Assembly: GCF_965662505.1 (NCBI RefSeq)
Contig: NZ_CBFIHX010000002.1
Location: 1,948-65,947, forward strand
DNA length: 64,000 bases
Direction of reading: 5' to 3'
Source: Pseudomaricurvus sp.
GTDB taxonomy: Bacteria > Pseudomonadota > Gammaproteobacteria > Pseudomonadales > Cellvibrionaceae
The translations under genes were made by a program, and so were the position numbers. Below, in pieces: positions 1 through 12,900 of this stretch. The notes under the pieces are model-generated. The model worked only from the letters and a program-made list of their open reading frames with translations. It did not search any database and was not told the DNA's origin. How positions within the stretch are numbered: position 1 is the stretch's first letter; the number at the start of each line of letters is the position of its first letter.

Positions 1-2
1 AG

Positions 3-203
3 CGGGAGTTTGATCCTTTTGTGACCACCGCGCGCGGTAAAGGTCACACTGGGCTGGGGCTGCATCTGGTGCATCAGTGGGTGACAAAGCATCTGGGTGG
101 CTCAATACGTTGTGTTGACACTGCCGGTGCGGGAGCCCTGTTTATCATTCGACTGCCTGTGACCTTGGCTGCGCCTGTGTCATCGTTAGAGCCGAGCTCG
201 TGA
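3..203 (+). CDS. Sensor histidine kinase, C-terminal HATPase_c fragment (5' partial)
   Basis: Open from the window edge: REFDPFVTTARGKGHTGLGLHLV...GAGALFIIRLP contains the F, G2 and G3 boxes of histidine kinases. Confidence 0.85.
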   Translation, partial: REFDPFVTTARGKGHTGLGLHLVHQWVTKHLGGSIRCVDTAGAGALFIIRLPVTLAAPVSSLEPSS

Positions 204-218
204 GCGACAAGACGGGTG

Positions 219-974
219 TTATCGTACAGCCGTTCCCGTCGCCTGAGCGTCCAGCTCATCAATCCAGAACAGTGTCCCACCCACGACAGCAATTGGCATG
301 ACAAAAATATTGGCCAGCGGGATCATTGTGCCCAGCATGACCAGTCCGCCGAGGCTAAAACTGGAATACTTGCGGCTCCAGAGACGGTTGCGGGTGTCAG
401 AAAAAGTGAGTTGATTGTTGTCCGCGGGGTAGTCGACATACTGTATAGCCATACTCCAGGCACCCCAGAGAAAACCGATCACTGGCACGATGACGTTGAT
501 CAGCGGAATGAACGACAACACAAACATCAGTATCAAAATCCCAAGCCCGCGAAGGATAAAATACCAGAGCTTCACCATTTCACGTCCGAGTGTACGGGGG
601 ATCATATGGCCGAGGGATTCCGGTTCAGGCCCTTTGCCACGCACCAGAATTTCGGTCTTCTCCGCCAATATGCCGTAAAAGGGCGCAGCGATGATGTTGG
701 TGATCATGCTGAAACTGTAGCCGTACACCACCAGCACCAGTGCGGCGAAGATTACCCATAAAATCCAGGCGAGAAAATCCAGCCAGCCCGGCAGACTGCC
801 CAGTAGCCAGCTCATGGCAACGCCAAACTGTTCAATCAGCAGATAGGTGGCTGCGAAGAACAGCACCAGGTTGATCAGCAGTGGGACCAGAACAAACAAC
901 CTCAATTGCGGTGTGACAATCAATTGTGCAGCACGGGTCAGATACGTCATTCCATTGATTGGGTGATTGGTCAT
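219..974 (-). CDS. cysZ: CysZ/EI24-family membrane protein (putative sulfate transporter)
   Basis: 251 aa, hydrophobic; LRLFVLVPLLINL, NIIAAPFYGILAE and AIQYVDYPADN resemble CysZ. Confidence 0.85.
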   Translation of the reverse strand: MTNHPINGMTYLTRAAQLIVTPQLRLFVLVPLLINLVLFFAATYLLIEQFGVAMSWLLGSLPGWLDFLAWILWVIFAALVLVVYGYSFSMITNIIAAPFYGILAEKTEILVRGKGPEPESLGHMIPRTLGREMVKLWYFILRGLGILILMFVLSFIPLINVIVPVIGFLWGAWSMAIQYVDYPADNNQLTFSDTRNRLWSRKYSSFSLGGLVMLGTMIPLANIFVMPIAVVGGTLFWIDELDAQATGTAVR

Positions 975-1054
975 AACATCGAGACTCGTTTTTGAGTGTT
1001 GAGTAGTGGTCAGTGTTTGTTGTTATGGGAGGGAGTGGCAGGTATGGGGGATAG

Positions 1055-1081
1055 CTGCCGGTAAGCAAGACTTACCGGCAG
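1055..1081. repeat. Perfect 11-bp inverted repeat (REP-like or terminator hairpin)
   Basis: CTGCCGGTAAG-caaga-CTTACCGGCAG, just downstream of the stop at 1089; no U-tract. Confidence 0.7.
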
Positions 1082-1088
1082 GCGTTCA

Positions 1089-1385
1089 TTACTGACCGCC
1101 GGCCTTTTTTAAGACCTCTGCGTATTCGTCGCCCAGACGGTGTTCACTGACGATCTGAAACAGGGTTTTACCTGCTTCGTTGGTCGCGTTAATGTCGCGG
1201 CCTCCTTCCTGGAAGAATTTCACGAAGGTTTCAAAATTGTCTACGTTCATACCGCGATAGGCTTTTTCCAGCATGTGAAAATCAGCGTTCATGTCGCCGT
1301 AGGGTTGAATCTCCAGGAAGGTTTTGATGCGCTCGTCATCGAACACTTCGCCGAGAACTTTTTGTTTGTCTTTTTTCAGTGACAT
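1089..1385 (-). CDS. Small conserved protein, PA4642-family-like
   Basis: 98 aa; KKDKQKVLGEVFDDERIKTFL, DFHMLEKAYRGM, GRDINA; RBS-like sequence upstream. Confidence 0.75.
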   Translation of the reverse strand: MSLKKDKQKVLGEVFDDERIKTFLEIQPYGDMNADFHMLEKAYRGMNVDNFETFVKFFQEGGRDINATNEAGKTLFQIVSEHRLGDEYAEVLKKAGGQ

Positions 1386-1444
1386 GGGAGTTACCTTTCA
1401 ATCGTAAGTCTACATTGTTCGTGTGCTGCTGTGCCTGACAGGCC

Positions 1445-2911
1445 TTACAGCATGGAATTCAGTTTTTTCGCCAGAATCTGATTCACCATTCCGGGGTTTG
1501 CCTGCCCCTTGGTGGCTTTCATGATAGGGCCCATAAATCCGCCCATCTTCTTCTTGCGTTTGTCCGGTTCAGACGACAACCAGTCTTCCAGCATGGCCTG
1601 ATTGGCTGCGATCACATCGTCGACGATCTTTTCAAGTTCGCCAGTATCTGACATTTGTTTCAGGCCTTTGGCTTCGATAATGGTGTCGGCATCGCCTTCA
1701 CCCAGCCACATGGCTTCGAAAACCTGCTTGGCGATTTTATTGGAAATGGTGTTGTCTTTGATGCGGGCAATCAGTCCGGCCAGCATGTCGGTATTGACAG
1801 GGCTGCTGGTGATGTCTTTTTCTTCCGCATTCAGGTGTGCAGACACTTCGCCCATCACCCAGTTCGCCGCCAATTTAGCATCGCCACACTTTTCAGCTGT
1901 GCTTTCGAAAAAGTGTGCCGTGGCAGAGTCTGCAGCGAGAATGCCGGCGTCGTAGTCGGATAGTTTGTGCTGATCCACAAAACGCTGCTGACGTGCGTCG
2001 GGCAGTTCTGGCAGGGATTGACGAGCCGCATCTATAAAGTCGTCGTCGATTTCGATGGGCAGCAGATCCGGGCAGGGGAAGTAGCGGTAATCGTTGGCTT
2101 CTTCTTTACTGCGCATGGAACGCGCGACCTTGGTGTCACCGTTGTACAGGCGGGTCTCCTGAATGACAGTGCCGCCATCTTCAATCAGATCGATCTGACG
2201 TTCGACTTCCAGCGCGATACAGTCTTCCATGAACTTAAACGAGTTCAGGTTTTTGGTTTCGGTTCGGGTGCCTAACTCTTCGGTACCTTTCGGGCGCACA
2301 GAAATGTTGACGTCGAAACGCATCGACCCCTGAGACATCTGACCGTCACAGATGCCGATGGAAGTCACAATCGAGTGCAATTTTCGGGCAAAGGCCACGG
2401 CTTCTTCGGCGTTGCGCATGTCGGGTTCGGAGACGATTTCAATCAGCGGTGTGCCGGCGCGATTCAGATCGATGCCTGACATGCCGTGCCCCATTCCGCC
2501 AAAATCACCTTCGTGAAGCGATTTGCCGGCATCTTCTTCCAGGTGTGCATGGTGTATGCGGATTGACTTGGTGCTGCCGTCTTCCAGTTGAATTTCCACA
2601 TGGCCGGGGCCAACAATCGGGCTTTCCAGCTGGGTGGTCTGGTAGCCTTTGGGCAGATCCGGGTAGAAGTAGTTTTTGCGTTCAAATACGGAACGCTTGC
2701 CGATCTCGGCGTCAATCGCCAGACCGAACATAACGGCGTAGCGAAACGCCTGCTCGTTGGGGACGGGCAGTGTGCCGGGCATGGCCAGGTCAATGGCGCA
2801 GGCCTGTGTGTTGGGCTCCGCGCCGAAAGCGGTGCTGGCGCCGGAGAAAATCTTGGTCGTCGTGGCCAGTTGCACGTGCACTTCCAGGCCAATAACTGTT
2901 TCCCATTCCAT
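1445..2911 (-). CDS. gatB: Asp-tRNA(Asn)/Glu-tRNA(Gln) amidotransferase subunit B
   Basis: [48 protein letters not shown]. Confidence 0.98.
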   Translation of the reverse strand: MEWETVIGLEVHVQLATTTKIFSGASTAFGAEPNTQACAIDLAMPGTLPVPNEQAFRYAVMFGLAIDAEIGKRSVFERKNYFYPDLPKGYQTTQLESPIVGPGHVEIQLEDGSTKSIRIHHAHLEEDAGKSLHEGDFGGMGHGMSGIDLNRAGTPLIEIVSEPDMRNAEEAVAFARKLHSIVTSIGICDGQMSQGSMRFDVNISVRPKGTEELGTRTETKNLNSFKFMEDCIALEVERQIDLIEDGGTVIQETRLYNGDTKVARSMRSKEEANDYRYFPCPDLLPIEIDDDFIDAARQSLPELPDARQQRFVDQHKLSDYDAGILAADSATAHFFESTAEKCGDAKLAANWVMGEVSAHLNAEEKDITSSPVNTDMLAGLIARIKDNTISNKIAKQVFEAMWLGEGDADTIIEAKGLKQMSDTGELEKIVDDVIAANQAMLEDWLSSEPDKRKKKMGGFMGPIMKATKGQANPGMVNQILAKKLNSML

Positions 2912-2981
2912 AATGTGATGCTCTTATGTGTAATCGTCAGCGGCAGGGTTCGTCACAATGGGACGCACCCTGAGGCCGAAT

Positions 2982-4436
2982 TCAATCAATATCCGGTGCG
3001 GTTTGTTGGTGGTGATCCGTTACCTGCTGGAACTGGTGGGCGGCGTTTAACAGCTTGCCCTCAGCAAAGAAATTGCCGATCAATTGCAGTCCCACAGGTT
3101 TGTTGTCGACCAGGCCGCAGGGAATTGATACGCCGGGCAAGCCCGCCAGGTTAGTGGCGATGGTGTAGATGTCTTCCAGGTACATGGCGACGGGATCGCT
3201 GCTCTTGGCGCCGAATTCAAACGCCGGAGACGTTGCAGTGGGCCCCAGAATCACATCCACATCATTAAAGGCGTCCACAAAATCCTGTTTGATCAGGCGG
3301 CGAACCTGTTGGGCCTTGCGATAGTAAGCGTCGTAATAACCCGCAGACAGCGCGTAGGAACCTACCAGGATGCGTCGTTTCACTTCCTCACCAAAACCTT
3401 CACCGCGGGAGCGCTTATAGAGGTCGTTCAGGTCTTTTGGATCTTCACAGCGATAGCCGTAGCGAACGCCGTCGAAGCGAGACAGGTTGGCGGAGCATTC
3501 CGCCGGAGCGATGACGTAGTAGGCCGGCACAGAAAGATCCGTGTGTGGCAGGCTGATTTCCTTGATTTCGGCACCCAGCTTTTCAAACTCCTTGATGGCC
3601 GCCTGAACGCGTTCGCCGGTTTGCGGATCGAGACCTTCGCCAAAGTACTCTTTGGGTACGCCGATGCGCAGGCCTTGCAGGCTGTCATTCAGGTTGGCGG
3701 TGTAATCTTCCAGAGGCTGATCCACACAAGTGGAATCCTTGGCGTCAAAGCTGGCCATGGTGTTCAGCATGATGGCGGCGTCTTCGGCGGTGCGGGTCAG
3801 AGGACCGCCCTGATCCAGACTGGAGGCAAAGGCGATCATGCCCCAGCGGGAAACCCGGCCATAGGTGGGCTTCAGGCCTGTCAGGCCACACAGACTGGCT
3901 GGCTGGCGGATGGAGCCGCCGGTATCCGTGGCGGTGGACGCTGGAGCCAGATGCGCGGCGACCGCCGCTGCAGATCCGCCAGAGGAACCGCCGGGCACAC
4001 AATTGGTGTTCCAGGGGTTTTTCACCGGCCCGTAAAAGCTGCTTTCGTTGGAGGAGCCCATGGCGAACTCGTCCATGTTGACCTTACCCAGCATCACGGC
4101 ACCGGCGTTGCGGTAGTTTTCGACCACAGTGGCGTCGTAGGGCGGGATAAAGTTATCCAGCATTTTGGAGCCACAGCTGGTGCGAATGCCATTGGTGCAG
4201 AAGATGTCTTTGTGGGCAATGGGGACGCCACACAGCGCCGGGGCATCGCCCAGAGCCAAGCGCTCATCGGCGGCCTTGGCCTGTGCCATGGCGATGTCTT
4301 CAGTGACGGTAATAAAGCTGTTGTAGCGGCTGTCCAGACGGGCGATGCGATCCAGATAATGGCGCGTCAGCTCGACACTGGAAAAATCCTTGTTGCGCAA
4401 GCCCTTGATCAGCTCGGCAATGGTCAAATTGTGCAT
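2982..4436 (-). CDS. gatA: Amidotransferase subunit A
   Basis: Amidase signature [12 protein letters not shown] and [11 protein letters not shown]; [11 protein letters not shown]. Confidence 0.98.
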   Translation of the reverse strand: MHNLTIAELIKGLRNKDFSSVELTRHYLDRIARLDSRYNSFITVTEDIAMAQAKAADERLALGDAPALCGVPIAHKDIFCTNGIRTSCGSKMLDNFIPPYDATVVENYRNAGAVMLGKVNMDEFAMGSSNESSFYGPVKNPWNTNCVPGGSSGGSAAAVAAHLAPASTATDTGGSIRQPASLCGLTGLKPTYGRVSRWGMIAFASSLDQGGPLTRTAEDAAIMLNTMASFDAKDSTCVDQPLEDYTANLNDSLQGLRIGVPKEYFGEGLDPQTGERVQAAIKEFEKLGAEIKEISLPHTDLSVPAYYVIAPAECSANLSRFDGVRYGYRCEDPKDLNDLYKRSRGEGFGEEVKRRILVGSYALSAGYYDAYYRKAQQVRRLIKQDFVDAFNDVDVILGPTATSPAFEFGAKSSDPVAMYLEDIYTIATNLAGLPGVSIPCGLVDNKPVGLQLIGNFFAEGKLLNAAHQFQQVTDHHQQTAPDID

Positions 4437-4492
4437 GGGGGTGTCCTGGGTGTTTTAAGTCGTTTGGCCTGAGAGTTATCGGTAGCAGAGTG

Positions 4493-4774
4493 TTAATCGA
4501 TAACTTTGGGCACCAGATACAGTCCTTGCTCTGCCGCAGGGGCCAAAGCCTGAAAATCTTCCCGTCGGTTGCTTTCGGTTACCACGTCGGCTCTCAGGCG
4601 CTGGGTGGCGTCCAGGGGGTGAGCCATGGGGGCAATGCCGTCGGTGTCGGCGGCCTGAAGCTGGTCAACCAGGGTCAGTACGTCCGTTATGCTTTTGGCG
4701 ACCTCATCGACAGTTGAATCTGCAATCTCGATGCGCGCCAGTTCAGCCAGCTTTGCAATGTCTGAACGATCCAC
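4493..4774 (-). CDS. gatC: Amidotransferase subunit C
   Basis: GTG start with a GGAG RBS; IAKLAELARI, PMAHP, LRADVV, YLVPKVI; first gene of gatCAB. Confidence 0.95.
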   Translation of the reverse strand: MDRSDIAKLAELARIEIADSTVDEVAKSITDVLTLVDQLQAADTDGIAPMAHPLDATQRLRADVVTESNRREDFQALAPAAEQGLYLVPKVID

Positions 4775-5224
4775 TTGTATCTCCGAAAATTAAGGGCTTG
4801 TACCCGGCCAGAGAGTAGGCATTTTAGAGCCTGTTCTCCTCATGAAAGGGGTATTCAGCGGGCTTTTGTGAATAAGGGCGCTAAAGTTACCATATTTGCG
4901 CCTTGCTCTAAATCCCTGCCGTTGATAGAGTTCGTTCATTTAAGGGTCTCTGTCGCGTTTTTCCCATAATATGTTCCATCTGCCGCCGTCATTCGGGCCG
5001 TTTTGCGCTCTGTTGGTTGATAGGCGGTACGTATAAGGGGGAACTAACGCGATGTACCGGAGTCTATTACCGCTGATTTCTAACGTGTGAGTACGTGCTA
5101 TTCCTGCTAACGTTATGAGGTGAGTATGCGCTGCGTTCTTGTGAGTTTGAGAGCAGTGGCGCTGGCAGACGCCGGGCGTATGCAGAGTCTCTGTGAACCC
5201 TCCATTAGAAAGACCACTAAATAA

Positions 5225-6274
<1,050 letters not shown>

Positions 6275-6347
6275 TCTAATTTCACTCATTCAATCAGTAA
6301 TCTGCAGGTGAATCATAACCTGCAGCGACTGAGCAGGAGCGAGCACC

Positions 6348-7256
6348 ATCAAACCACTGTTTTCTCAAGGTCCCTCAGCGGCTTCCCGAGTGACGGGGCT
6401 GGGGGCGATTGCCCTGATTCTAATCCTACTTAATGTTTACACCGACCTGCTCGACCCCCTAAGGGCCAGGCTGGGCTCGGTCGTGGCACCCCTCTACTGG
6501 GTGGTGGATGCTCCCGGATCTGTTCTGGAATGGGGGCAGGAGACCTTTCTTACTCGCGATCAGCTCCAGCAGGAAAACCAGGAATTAAAAGCCGAGTTAC
6601 TGATTCACAAGCGCCGATTGCAGCGTATGGCTGCCTTGGCGGCTGAAAATGTGCGTCTTCGTCAACTGTTGAACTCCGCTGAAACGGTTAAGGATAGGGT
6701 TTTGGTGGCGGAGTTGATTGGCGTTTCTCCCGATCCGCTGACCCATCGGGTGATCGTCAATAAAGGCCGAAGGGATGGAGTGTACTTGGGACAGCCGCTG
6801 CTGGATGCCAACGGTCTGATGGGGCAAGTGGTTGAAGTTAACGAATTCTCCTCGCAGATCCTGTTGATTACCGATGCCATTCACGCATTGCCCGTACAGA
6901 TTAACCGCAATGGTGTACGCGCTGTGGCAGAGGGGACCGGTGACCTGTATCGCCTCAAGTTGCGCCATCTGGCCAATACGGTGGACGTCCGCGAAGGGGA
7001 TTTGCTGGTCAGCTCCGGGTTGGGGCAACGCTTCCCGGTGGGCTACCCGGTGGCGACGATCACCTCGGTGATTCACGATCCTGGCGAGCCCTTCGCTCAG
7101 GTTGAAGCGCGTCCTGAGGCTCAGCTCAACCGCAGCCGTCATGTGTTGTTGGTATTCAGTGGTGAGAGTCGGAGAGTGGAAGCCGATGCTCAGTCGCTCA
7201 ATCCGACCACGGATAAGACCAAGGTGACGCCCTCCGAAGGTGATGAGGCTCCCTAA
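6348..7256 (+). CDS. mreC: Rod shape-determining protein MreC (probable ATC start at 6348; ORF caller start 6390)
   Basis: Coiled coil ENVRLRQLLN, GLMGQVVEV, SGLGQRFPVGYPV. The in-frame extension IKPLFSQGPS matches the MKPIFSRGPS-type N-terminus and has CAGGAG upstream. Confidence 0.93.
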   Translation: MKPLFSQGPSAASRVTGLGAIALILILLNVYTDLLDPLRARLGSVVAPLYWVVDAPGSVLEWGQETFLTRDQLQQENQELKAELLIHKRRLQRMAALAAENVRLRQLLNSAETVKDRVLVAELIGVSPDPLTHRVIVNKGRRDGVYLGQPLLDANGLMGQVVEVNEFSSQILLITDAIHALPVQINRNGVRAVAEGTGDLYRLKLRHLANTVDVREGDLLVSSGLGQRFPVGYPVATITSVIHDPGEPFAQVEARPEAQLNRSRHVLLVFSGESRRVEADAQSLNPTTDKTKVTPSEGDEAP

Positions 7257-7739
7257 ATGGTAAAAGGCCACAACCGTTTCATAATCTGGCTCTCTTTTCT
7301 GATCGCCCTGCTGTTGATGATTTTTCCTCTCGGTCGTGAAAGCGGCTGGTTGCGGCCTGAATTTGTCCCCATGCTGGTGATCTACTGGGTATTGGTGATG
7401 CCACAGCAGAGCAGTTTGTTGTTTATCTGGCTGCTGGGCTGCTGTCAGGACTTGCTGGAGGGCGTGATGTTAGGGCAACACGCCATGGCGCTGATGGTTG
7501 TTGCCTATGTCTGCCTGTTGTCTTATCAGCGTATGCGCAATTACACTTTGTGGCATCAGACGTTCTTTGTTTTTGTGCTGGTGGGGCTGTATCAATTGGT
7601 CGACAATTGGGTTCACAGCTTACAGGGGCACGCAGCTCATAACCTGGTGTTTTTGATGCCGGCGCTCACCAGTGCCCTGCTGTGGCCACTGCTTTGGTTA
7701 TATCTGGAGCACATCAGAATACGTTACAGAGTCAGCTGA
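7257..7739 (+). CDS. mreD: Rod shape-determining protein MreD
   Basis: Hydrophobic 160 aa; RPEFVPMLVIYW, DLLEGVMLGQHA; starts immediately after the mreC stop. Confidence 0.95.
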   Translation: MVKGHNRFIIWLSFLIALLLMIFPLGRESGWLRPEFVPMLVIYWVLVMPQQSSLLFIWLLGCCQDLLEGVMLGQHAMALMVVAYVCLLSYQRMRNYTLWHQTFFVFVLVGLYQLVDNWVHSLQGHAAHNLVFLMPALTSALLWPLLWLYLEHIRIRYRVS

Positions 7740-7829
7740 GCGTTTGTGGTGTTCGTTTTGGCCATAGATATCCACAGATATTAACGACTGCCGACTTGCC
7801 CCTAGAGAACAGGATGTAATACTGAATAC

Positions 7830-8426
7830 ATGGTTGATCTGTACCTCGCCTCCCAGTCACCCCGCAGACGTGAATTACTCTCGCAAATCGGTGTCCAATA
7901 CCAGGTCCTTTCCGTGAATGTGCCCGAGCAACAGGCATCTCACGAATCACCTGAAGGCTACGTTCAACGTTTAGCGCATGAAAAATCACTTGCCGGATGG
8001 CAGTATTTAACAGGCTTGCCAGAGACTGACTCGCTGCCGGTGCGGCCAGTCATTGGTGCAGACACCTTGATTGAGCTGGATGGCCAGGTCTTGGAAAAGC
8101 CCGAGGATGAAGCTGACGCGCTGGCGATGATGGCCGCGTTGTCGGGTCGGGCGCATCGGGTGCTGTCAGCGGTGGCGCTGACAAGCGAGCAGGGCACGAT
8201 AGGAAGACTATCCTCTACAGAGGTTGTGTTTCATTCGGTCAGTCCTGACGAAGCCCTGCGCTATTGGCGCACGGGAGAGCCGACAGGCAAGGCGGGGGGC
8301 TATGCGATACAAGGGCTGGGTGCAGTTTTTGTAAAAAGCCTGTCCGGTAGCTACAGCGGCGTAGTGGGCCTGCCTCTTAGCGAAACCAGAGAATTATTAG
8401 AAGAATACGGTGTGGCTGTTTTGTAG
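7830..8426 (+). CDS. maf: Maf/YhdE nucleotide pyrophosphatase
   Basis: LYLASQSPRRRELL, IGADT, KAGGYAIQG, SGVVGLPL. Confidence 0.95.
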   Translation: MVDLYLASQSPRRRELLSQIGVQYQVLSVNVPEQQASHESPEGYVQRLAHEKSLAGWQYLTGLPETDSLPVRPVIGADTLIELDGQVLEKPEDEADALAMMAALSGRAHRVLSAVALTSEQGTIGRLSSTEVVFHSVSPDEALRYWRTGEPTGKAGGYAIQGLGAVFVKSLSGSYSGVVGLPLSETRELLEEYGVAVL

Positions 8427-8451
8427 CGCGCGATGTAAAAGGAATGGATTG

Positions 8452-9945
8452 ATGAGTGAAGAGCTATTGGTGAATGCCTCGCCTACCGAGACGCGAACAG
8501 CGCTGGTGGAAAATGGCATGTTGCAGGAAGTTTACATCGAACGAACTCAGCGCAAAGGCTACGTTGGCAACATTTTTAAGGGCAAGGTCGTTCGGGTTCT
8601 GCCGGGGATGCAAGCGGCGTTTGTGGATATCGGCCTGGAGCGTGCCGGTTTTATCCACGCGGCGGATATCGCCCCGCTGGGCGCCGACGGGATGGAAGAT
8701 CGCAACGCTGAAGTGGACGATATCCGCAACATCGTGCGCGAAGGCCAGTCTCTGGTGGTTCAGATCCTGAAGGATCCGATTGGCACCAAAGGGGCGCGTC
8801 TGACGACGCATCTGTCTGTTTCGGGTCGCTATTTGGTGTATATGCCGCAAACTCGCCACATTGGAATCTCCACCCGAATTGAGGATGAGTCCGAGCGCGC
8901 TCGCTTAAAGTCTCTGGTCGAAGACACCATGGCAGAATGGGCAGAGCAGCCCCTGGGTGCCGCCGCCGATGGCGGTTTTATCATTCGCACGGTGGCAGAA
9001 GGCGTTCAGGGGGATGAGCTGTGTGCGGATATTCCTTTTCTGTACCGTCTTTGGCAAGAGCTGGAAGAGAAGATCAAAACAGTCCCGGTAAAATCTGCCA
9101 TTCACGAAGACCTGCCGTTATTTATGCGCACTCTGCGAGATCTGGTGAAGCCGAGGATTGAAAAGGTGCGTGTCGATTCGCGGGAAGTGCACGCCCAAAT
9201 GGTCGGCTTTGCCGAGAAATACGCTCCCGAGATTGCCCGTCGCATTGAACACTATCCGGGTGAACGCCCTCTGTTTGAGCTCTACGGCGTTGAGGATGAG
9301 ATTCAGAAGGCGCTGGAAACCAAGGTTCAGCTGAAATCCGGTGGCTATCTGATTATTGAGCAGACAGAAGCCATGACCACAGTGGATGTGAACACGGGCG
9401 CGTTTGTGGGGCATCGTAATCTGGAAGAGACGATCTTCAAAACCAATCTGGAAGCGGCTACGGCCATTGCCCGTCAGCTGCGGCTGCGCAATCTGGGTGG
9501 CATTATCATTCTCGATTTTATCGACATGAAAGATACCGAACACCAGAGACAGGTATTGCGCACGCTGGAAAAAATGAGCGAACGGGATCATGCCAAAACT
9601 TCGATTACCGGCGTGTCGGAATTGGGGCTGGTGGAAATGACCCGCAAGCGCACCCGGGAATCGCTGGGGCAGATTATGTGTGAGCCCTGTACGACCTGTC
9701 AGGGGCGGGGCACCTTAAAATCTGCCGAAACCGTTTGTTATGAAATCTTTCGTGAAATTCTGCGTGAAGCCCGTGCCTACAACAACGAAAAATTTCTGGT
9801 GTTGGCTTCCCAAATGGTGATCGAGAGGCTGCTTGACGAAGAATCTTCCAACGTGGCTGACCTGGAAGAATTTATCAGCTGTACCATCCAGTTTCAGGTC
9901 GAAAGCATCTACAGCCAAGAGCAGTACGACATTATTTTGGTGTAA
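8452..9945 (+). CDS. rng: Ribonuclease G (CafA)
   Basis: MSEELLVN start; GNIFKGKVVRVLPGMQAAFVDIG, DVNTGAFVG, LRNLGGIIILDFIDM. Confidence 0.97.
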   Translation: MSEELLVNASPTETRTALVENGMLQEVYIERTQRKGYVGNIFKGKVVRVLPGMQAAFVDIGLERAGFIHAADIAPLGADGMEDRNAEVDDIRNIVREGQSLVVQILKDPIGTKGARLTTHLSVSGRYLVYMPQTRHIGISTRIEDESERARLKSLVEDTMAEWAEQPLGAAADGGFIIRTVAEGVQGDELCADIPFLYRLWQELEEKIKTVPVKSAIHEDLPLFMRTLRDLVKPRIEKVRVDSREVHAQMVGFAEKYAPEIARRIEHYPGERPLFELYGVEDEIQKALETKVQLKSGGYLIIEQTEAMTTVDVNTGAFVGHRNLEETIFKTNLEAATAIARQLRLRNLGGIIILDFIDMKDTEHQRQVLRTLEKMSERDHAKTSITGVSELGLVEMTRKRTRESLGQIMCEPCTTCQGRGTLKSAETVCYEIFREILREARAYNNEKFLVLASQMVIERLLDEESSNVADLEEFISCTIQFQVESIYSQEQYDIILV

Positions 9946-9948
9946 TCC

Positions 9949-12900
9949 ATGAGCAAAAAGCACTCTCGCAGGATCGCGGGAAAGCTGATCGGATTTGTCG
10001 CGGTTTTGCTGATCGTGACGGCTGTGGTGGTTCAGCTGGGGCGAATGTTCGCTCCGCTGGTCTCTGAAAATCGCACGCGCCTCGAAAACTACCTGACAGA
10101 GCAGTTGGGTGCTCGTGTTCAGATTGGCAACATTCAGGCCCGTTGGGACAGCCTGCGCCCGGAACTGTCTGTAGATCAGGTTTTGGTCACTACCGCAGAC
10201 GGCGAGCAAGTGCTTACGGTGAAACACGCCTCTGCCCAGTTGGGTCTGTTGCTCTCCTTGCGGGATTGGGATCTGCGTTTCTGGGAGGTTGAACTTGCGG
10301 AAGTGCAGGTGGTGTTTGACCAAACACCAGCAGGACACTGGCAGCTGTCAGGGGTTAATACACCCAAGAGCCGCTCTTCCTCACTGGATCCGGTCGATGC
10401 GATGCTGATCGGACGGCATATCCTGTTTGACGATATTCACACGACGTTTAATTTTCACAGCGGCCGCCAGCAAGAGGTTGGGTTTACTCAGCTGCGGCTG
10501 GAAAATGACCGTCACTTCCACCGTTTGACCGCCGATGTGGATTTACCGAATCAGCCCGATACGGTACAACTGGTGTATGAAGGCCTCGGTGATCCACGAG
10601 ACGCCAGTGAGTTCCACGGCGATGGTTACCTCAAACTGGACAATTACCCTCTCCCCAGCGCGGTGGCGTTTGTCTCTGAAGACGCTGCAGCTCGGGCGGG
10701 CATCCAGGATGGTTTGGTATCATCGGAAATATGGCTGAAAACCCGGCCGGAGCAGCCGGTCACTCTGCAGGGCAGCGTCAATTTTCATCGCACTACTGAA
10801 GTCAATCCCGCCATTCCTGTGCGTATCGGTGGAGAAATCACTGGGCAGTATTCGTCTCCAAAAGACTGGAAGCTGAACCTTCAGGGCTTACAAGCCTTTT
10901 GGCGAGATCAACAAAGCCAATCCCTCAGCGCGAGTCTGGCAAGTCACCCTGATCCGGAGCGTTGGGAGGTGCAGATCCCACAGTTGGAATTGGCCGAACT
11001 GTCCCGGGAATTGGATCGGTTCAGTCGCTTTCCAGAGCACGATATCCCGGAAGCGGTAATCAGGCTGGTGGGTGAGTTCGGTGCTACGGGTACGGTCAGC
11101 AATATTCACGTTGCTATTCCCAAAACGTCACCGATGGATTTTGTGTTGAGGGCAAATTTACAGCAGGTCTCGGTCAATGACTGGAAGGGCGCACCGGAAA
11201 TTCGGCAGCTGGACGGCTATCTGGAGGCGTCATCCCTAAGCGGTTTTGTGGAAATTGACAGTCAGGAAGGGCTATTAATGCACTTTCCTCAGGTGTATCA
11301 CAACGCCTTTGAATTTGAGCGGGCACAGGGCGTGGTGGGTTGGACGGTACGACCTGAAGACAATCAGGCGCAGGTCTACAGCAATGTTCTGAACATGCAG
11401 GGGCAGCTGGGTGAAGCCAGCGGGTATTTTTATCTGGACGCCCCGCTGGAGCGCAACTCACGTCCTACAGAACTCATGTTGCAGATCGGTTTGCAGAATG
11501 GTCACGCAATCGACCATAAGAAACTGGTGCCGAAGGTGGTTCCGGATTCGCTGCTGGCCTGGCTGGACAGTTCTATTGTGCAAGGTGCAGTACCCTCGGG
11601 TGGCTTCCTGATGGAAGGCTATTTTGGTGGAGGAGCCTCCGACACCCGCTCCGTACAGGTCGCTTTGAATGTCGCAGACGGTGAGTTGAGCTTTGATCCC
11701 CGCTGGCCAGTGCTGCAAACGTTTTCCGGTTTTTTGGAAATCGACGATACTCGCGTGCAGGGCTGGGTGGATGAAGGGCAGTTCCTGAGTTCTGCGCTTC
11801 AGCCTACCTATCTGGAGGTGGGAGCCAACCCCCAAGGTGAAGGCTCGCTGTTGCAAATTAACGGTGCGTTGTCGGGCGATGCCAGCGCCGGCTTGCAGGT
11901 ACTGACGCAAACCCCTATCCGTGATGCTCTGGGTGGTGCTCTGGACGAATGGTCGCTAAAAGGTGACATGAAGGCTGAAGTGCAGTTGCGCATCCCCCTA
12001 AAGGCGGGCGAGACCGGCAGTCGCCAGCAAGTGGATGTATCTCTGCGGAATGCCGATTTGATGATGCAAAGTCTCGGACTGGATTTTGACCGGCTGGGCG
12101 GTGACCTGATGTATTCGGATACGCGCGGGCTGTATGCAGAAACCCTGTCTGCCCGACTCTGGGATCAGTCTCTGGCTCTGCGCATTGCTTCTACGCCTGC
12201 GTCTCCATCTACACCTATGAATACGGATATTCACTTTAAAGGCCCGCTGGACTTTGCTCGCCTGGCGTCCTGGTCCCGAAGACCGGAGCTTATGTTTATT
12301 GAAGGTGTAGTGCCTGTCAGTGGTGAGGTTTCTGTAGCATCGGGTGAAATTCCGGTGCGGATTCAGGCGAGTTCAGACTTGTCCGGGGCAAGCATTGATC
12401 TGCCGGCCCCTTACGGCAAAGCCGTCTCGGAAAAACGTTCTCTCAAGCTAGACATTCCTGTTGCCCGCAATCACACCAGCTATAGGGTCAACTACGATAA
12501 TCTGGTCTCGGTGAATATTCAGACGGCCAAAGATCAGCCTGTGGAGGGCCTCATCGCTTTGGGGCAGCCCAGTCAATTACATGTCAATGATGGTCTCTGG
12601 CTGGATGGGGCGATCGATCGTCTGGATGCGGAGCAGTGGTGGCCTGTGGTTCAGCGTTATCAGACTTTTGCAGAGCAGTTTTCCTCTGGCGTTGGGGCTG
12701 GGGAATTGTCGGCGGGAGAGGCGTCGACGGTACAGGTATCGACGGTTCAGACTGTAGCCAGTTCTAATTTAAACCTTCAGTTATTTATTGAGGAATTCAG
12801 TTGGGGTGAGGTCGAGCTGAAAGCCGTTCAGGTCGGGGGAGGGCAACGCAAGCAGGGTTGGCGCATCCGGCTGGATGATGATCGGGTCAAAGGTGCTTTT

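Noticed and set aside
3309-4472. 387-aa + strand ORF
   Set aside because: Antisense shadow of gatA with no recognisable motifs; typical of codon bias in GC-rich genes.
8410-8451. ORF-track 5' extensions of rng (8410), rapZ (17309), rplM (33081), glpD (49663), radA (56971) and btuD (62796)
   Set aside because: The extensions lack family similarity or overlap neighbours; downstream starts have better RBS or match known N-termini.
12724-12753. 15-bp tandem (STVQV STVQT) inside yhdP
   Set aside because: In-frame two-copy duplication in a likely loop; no sign of function.
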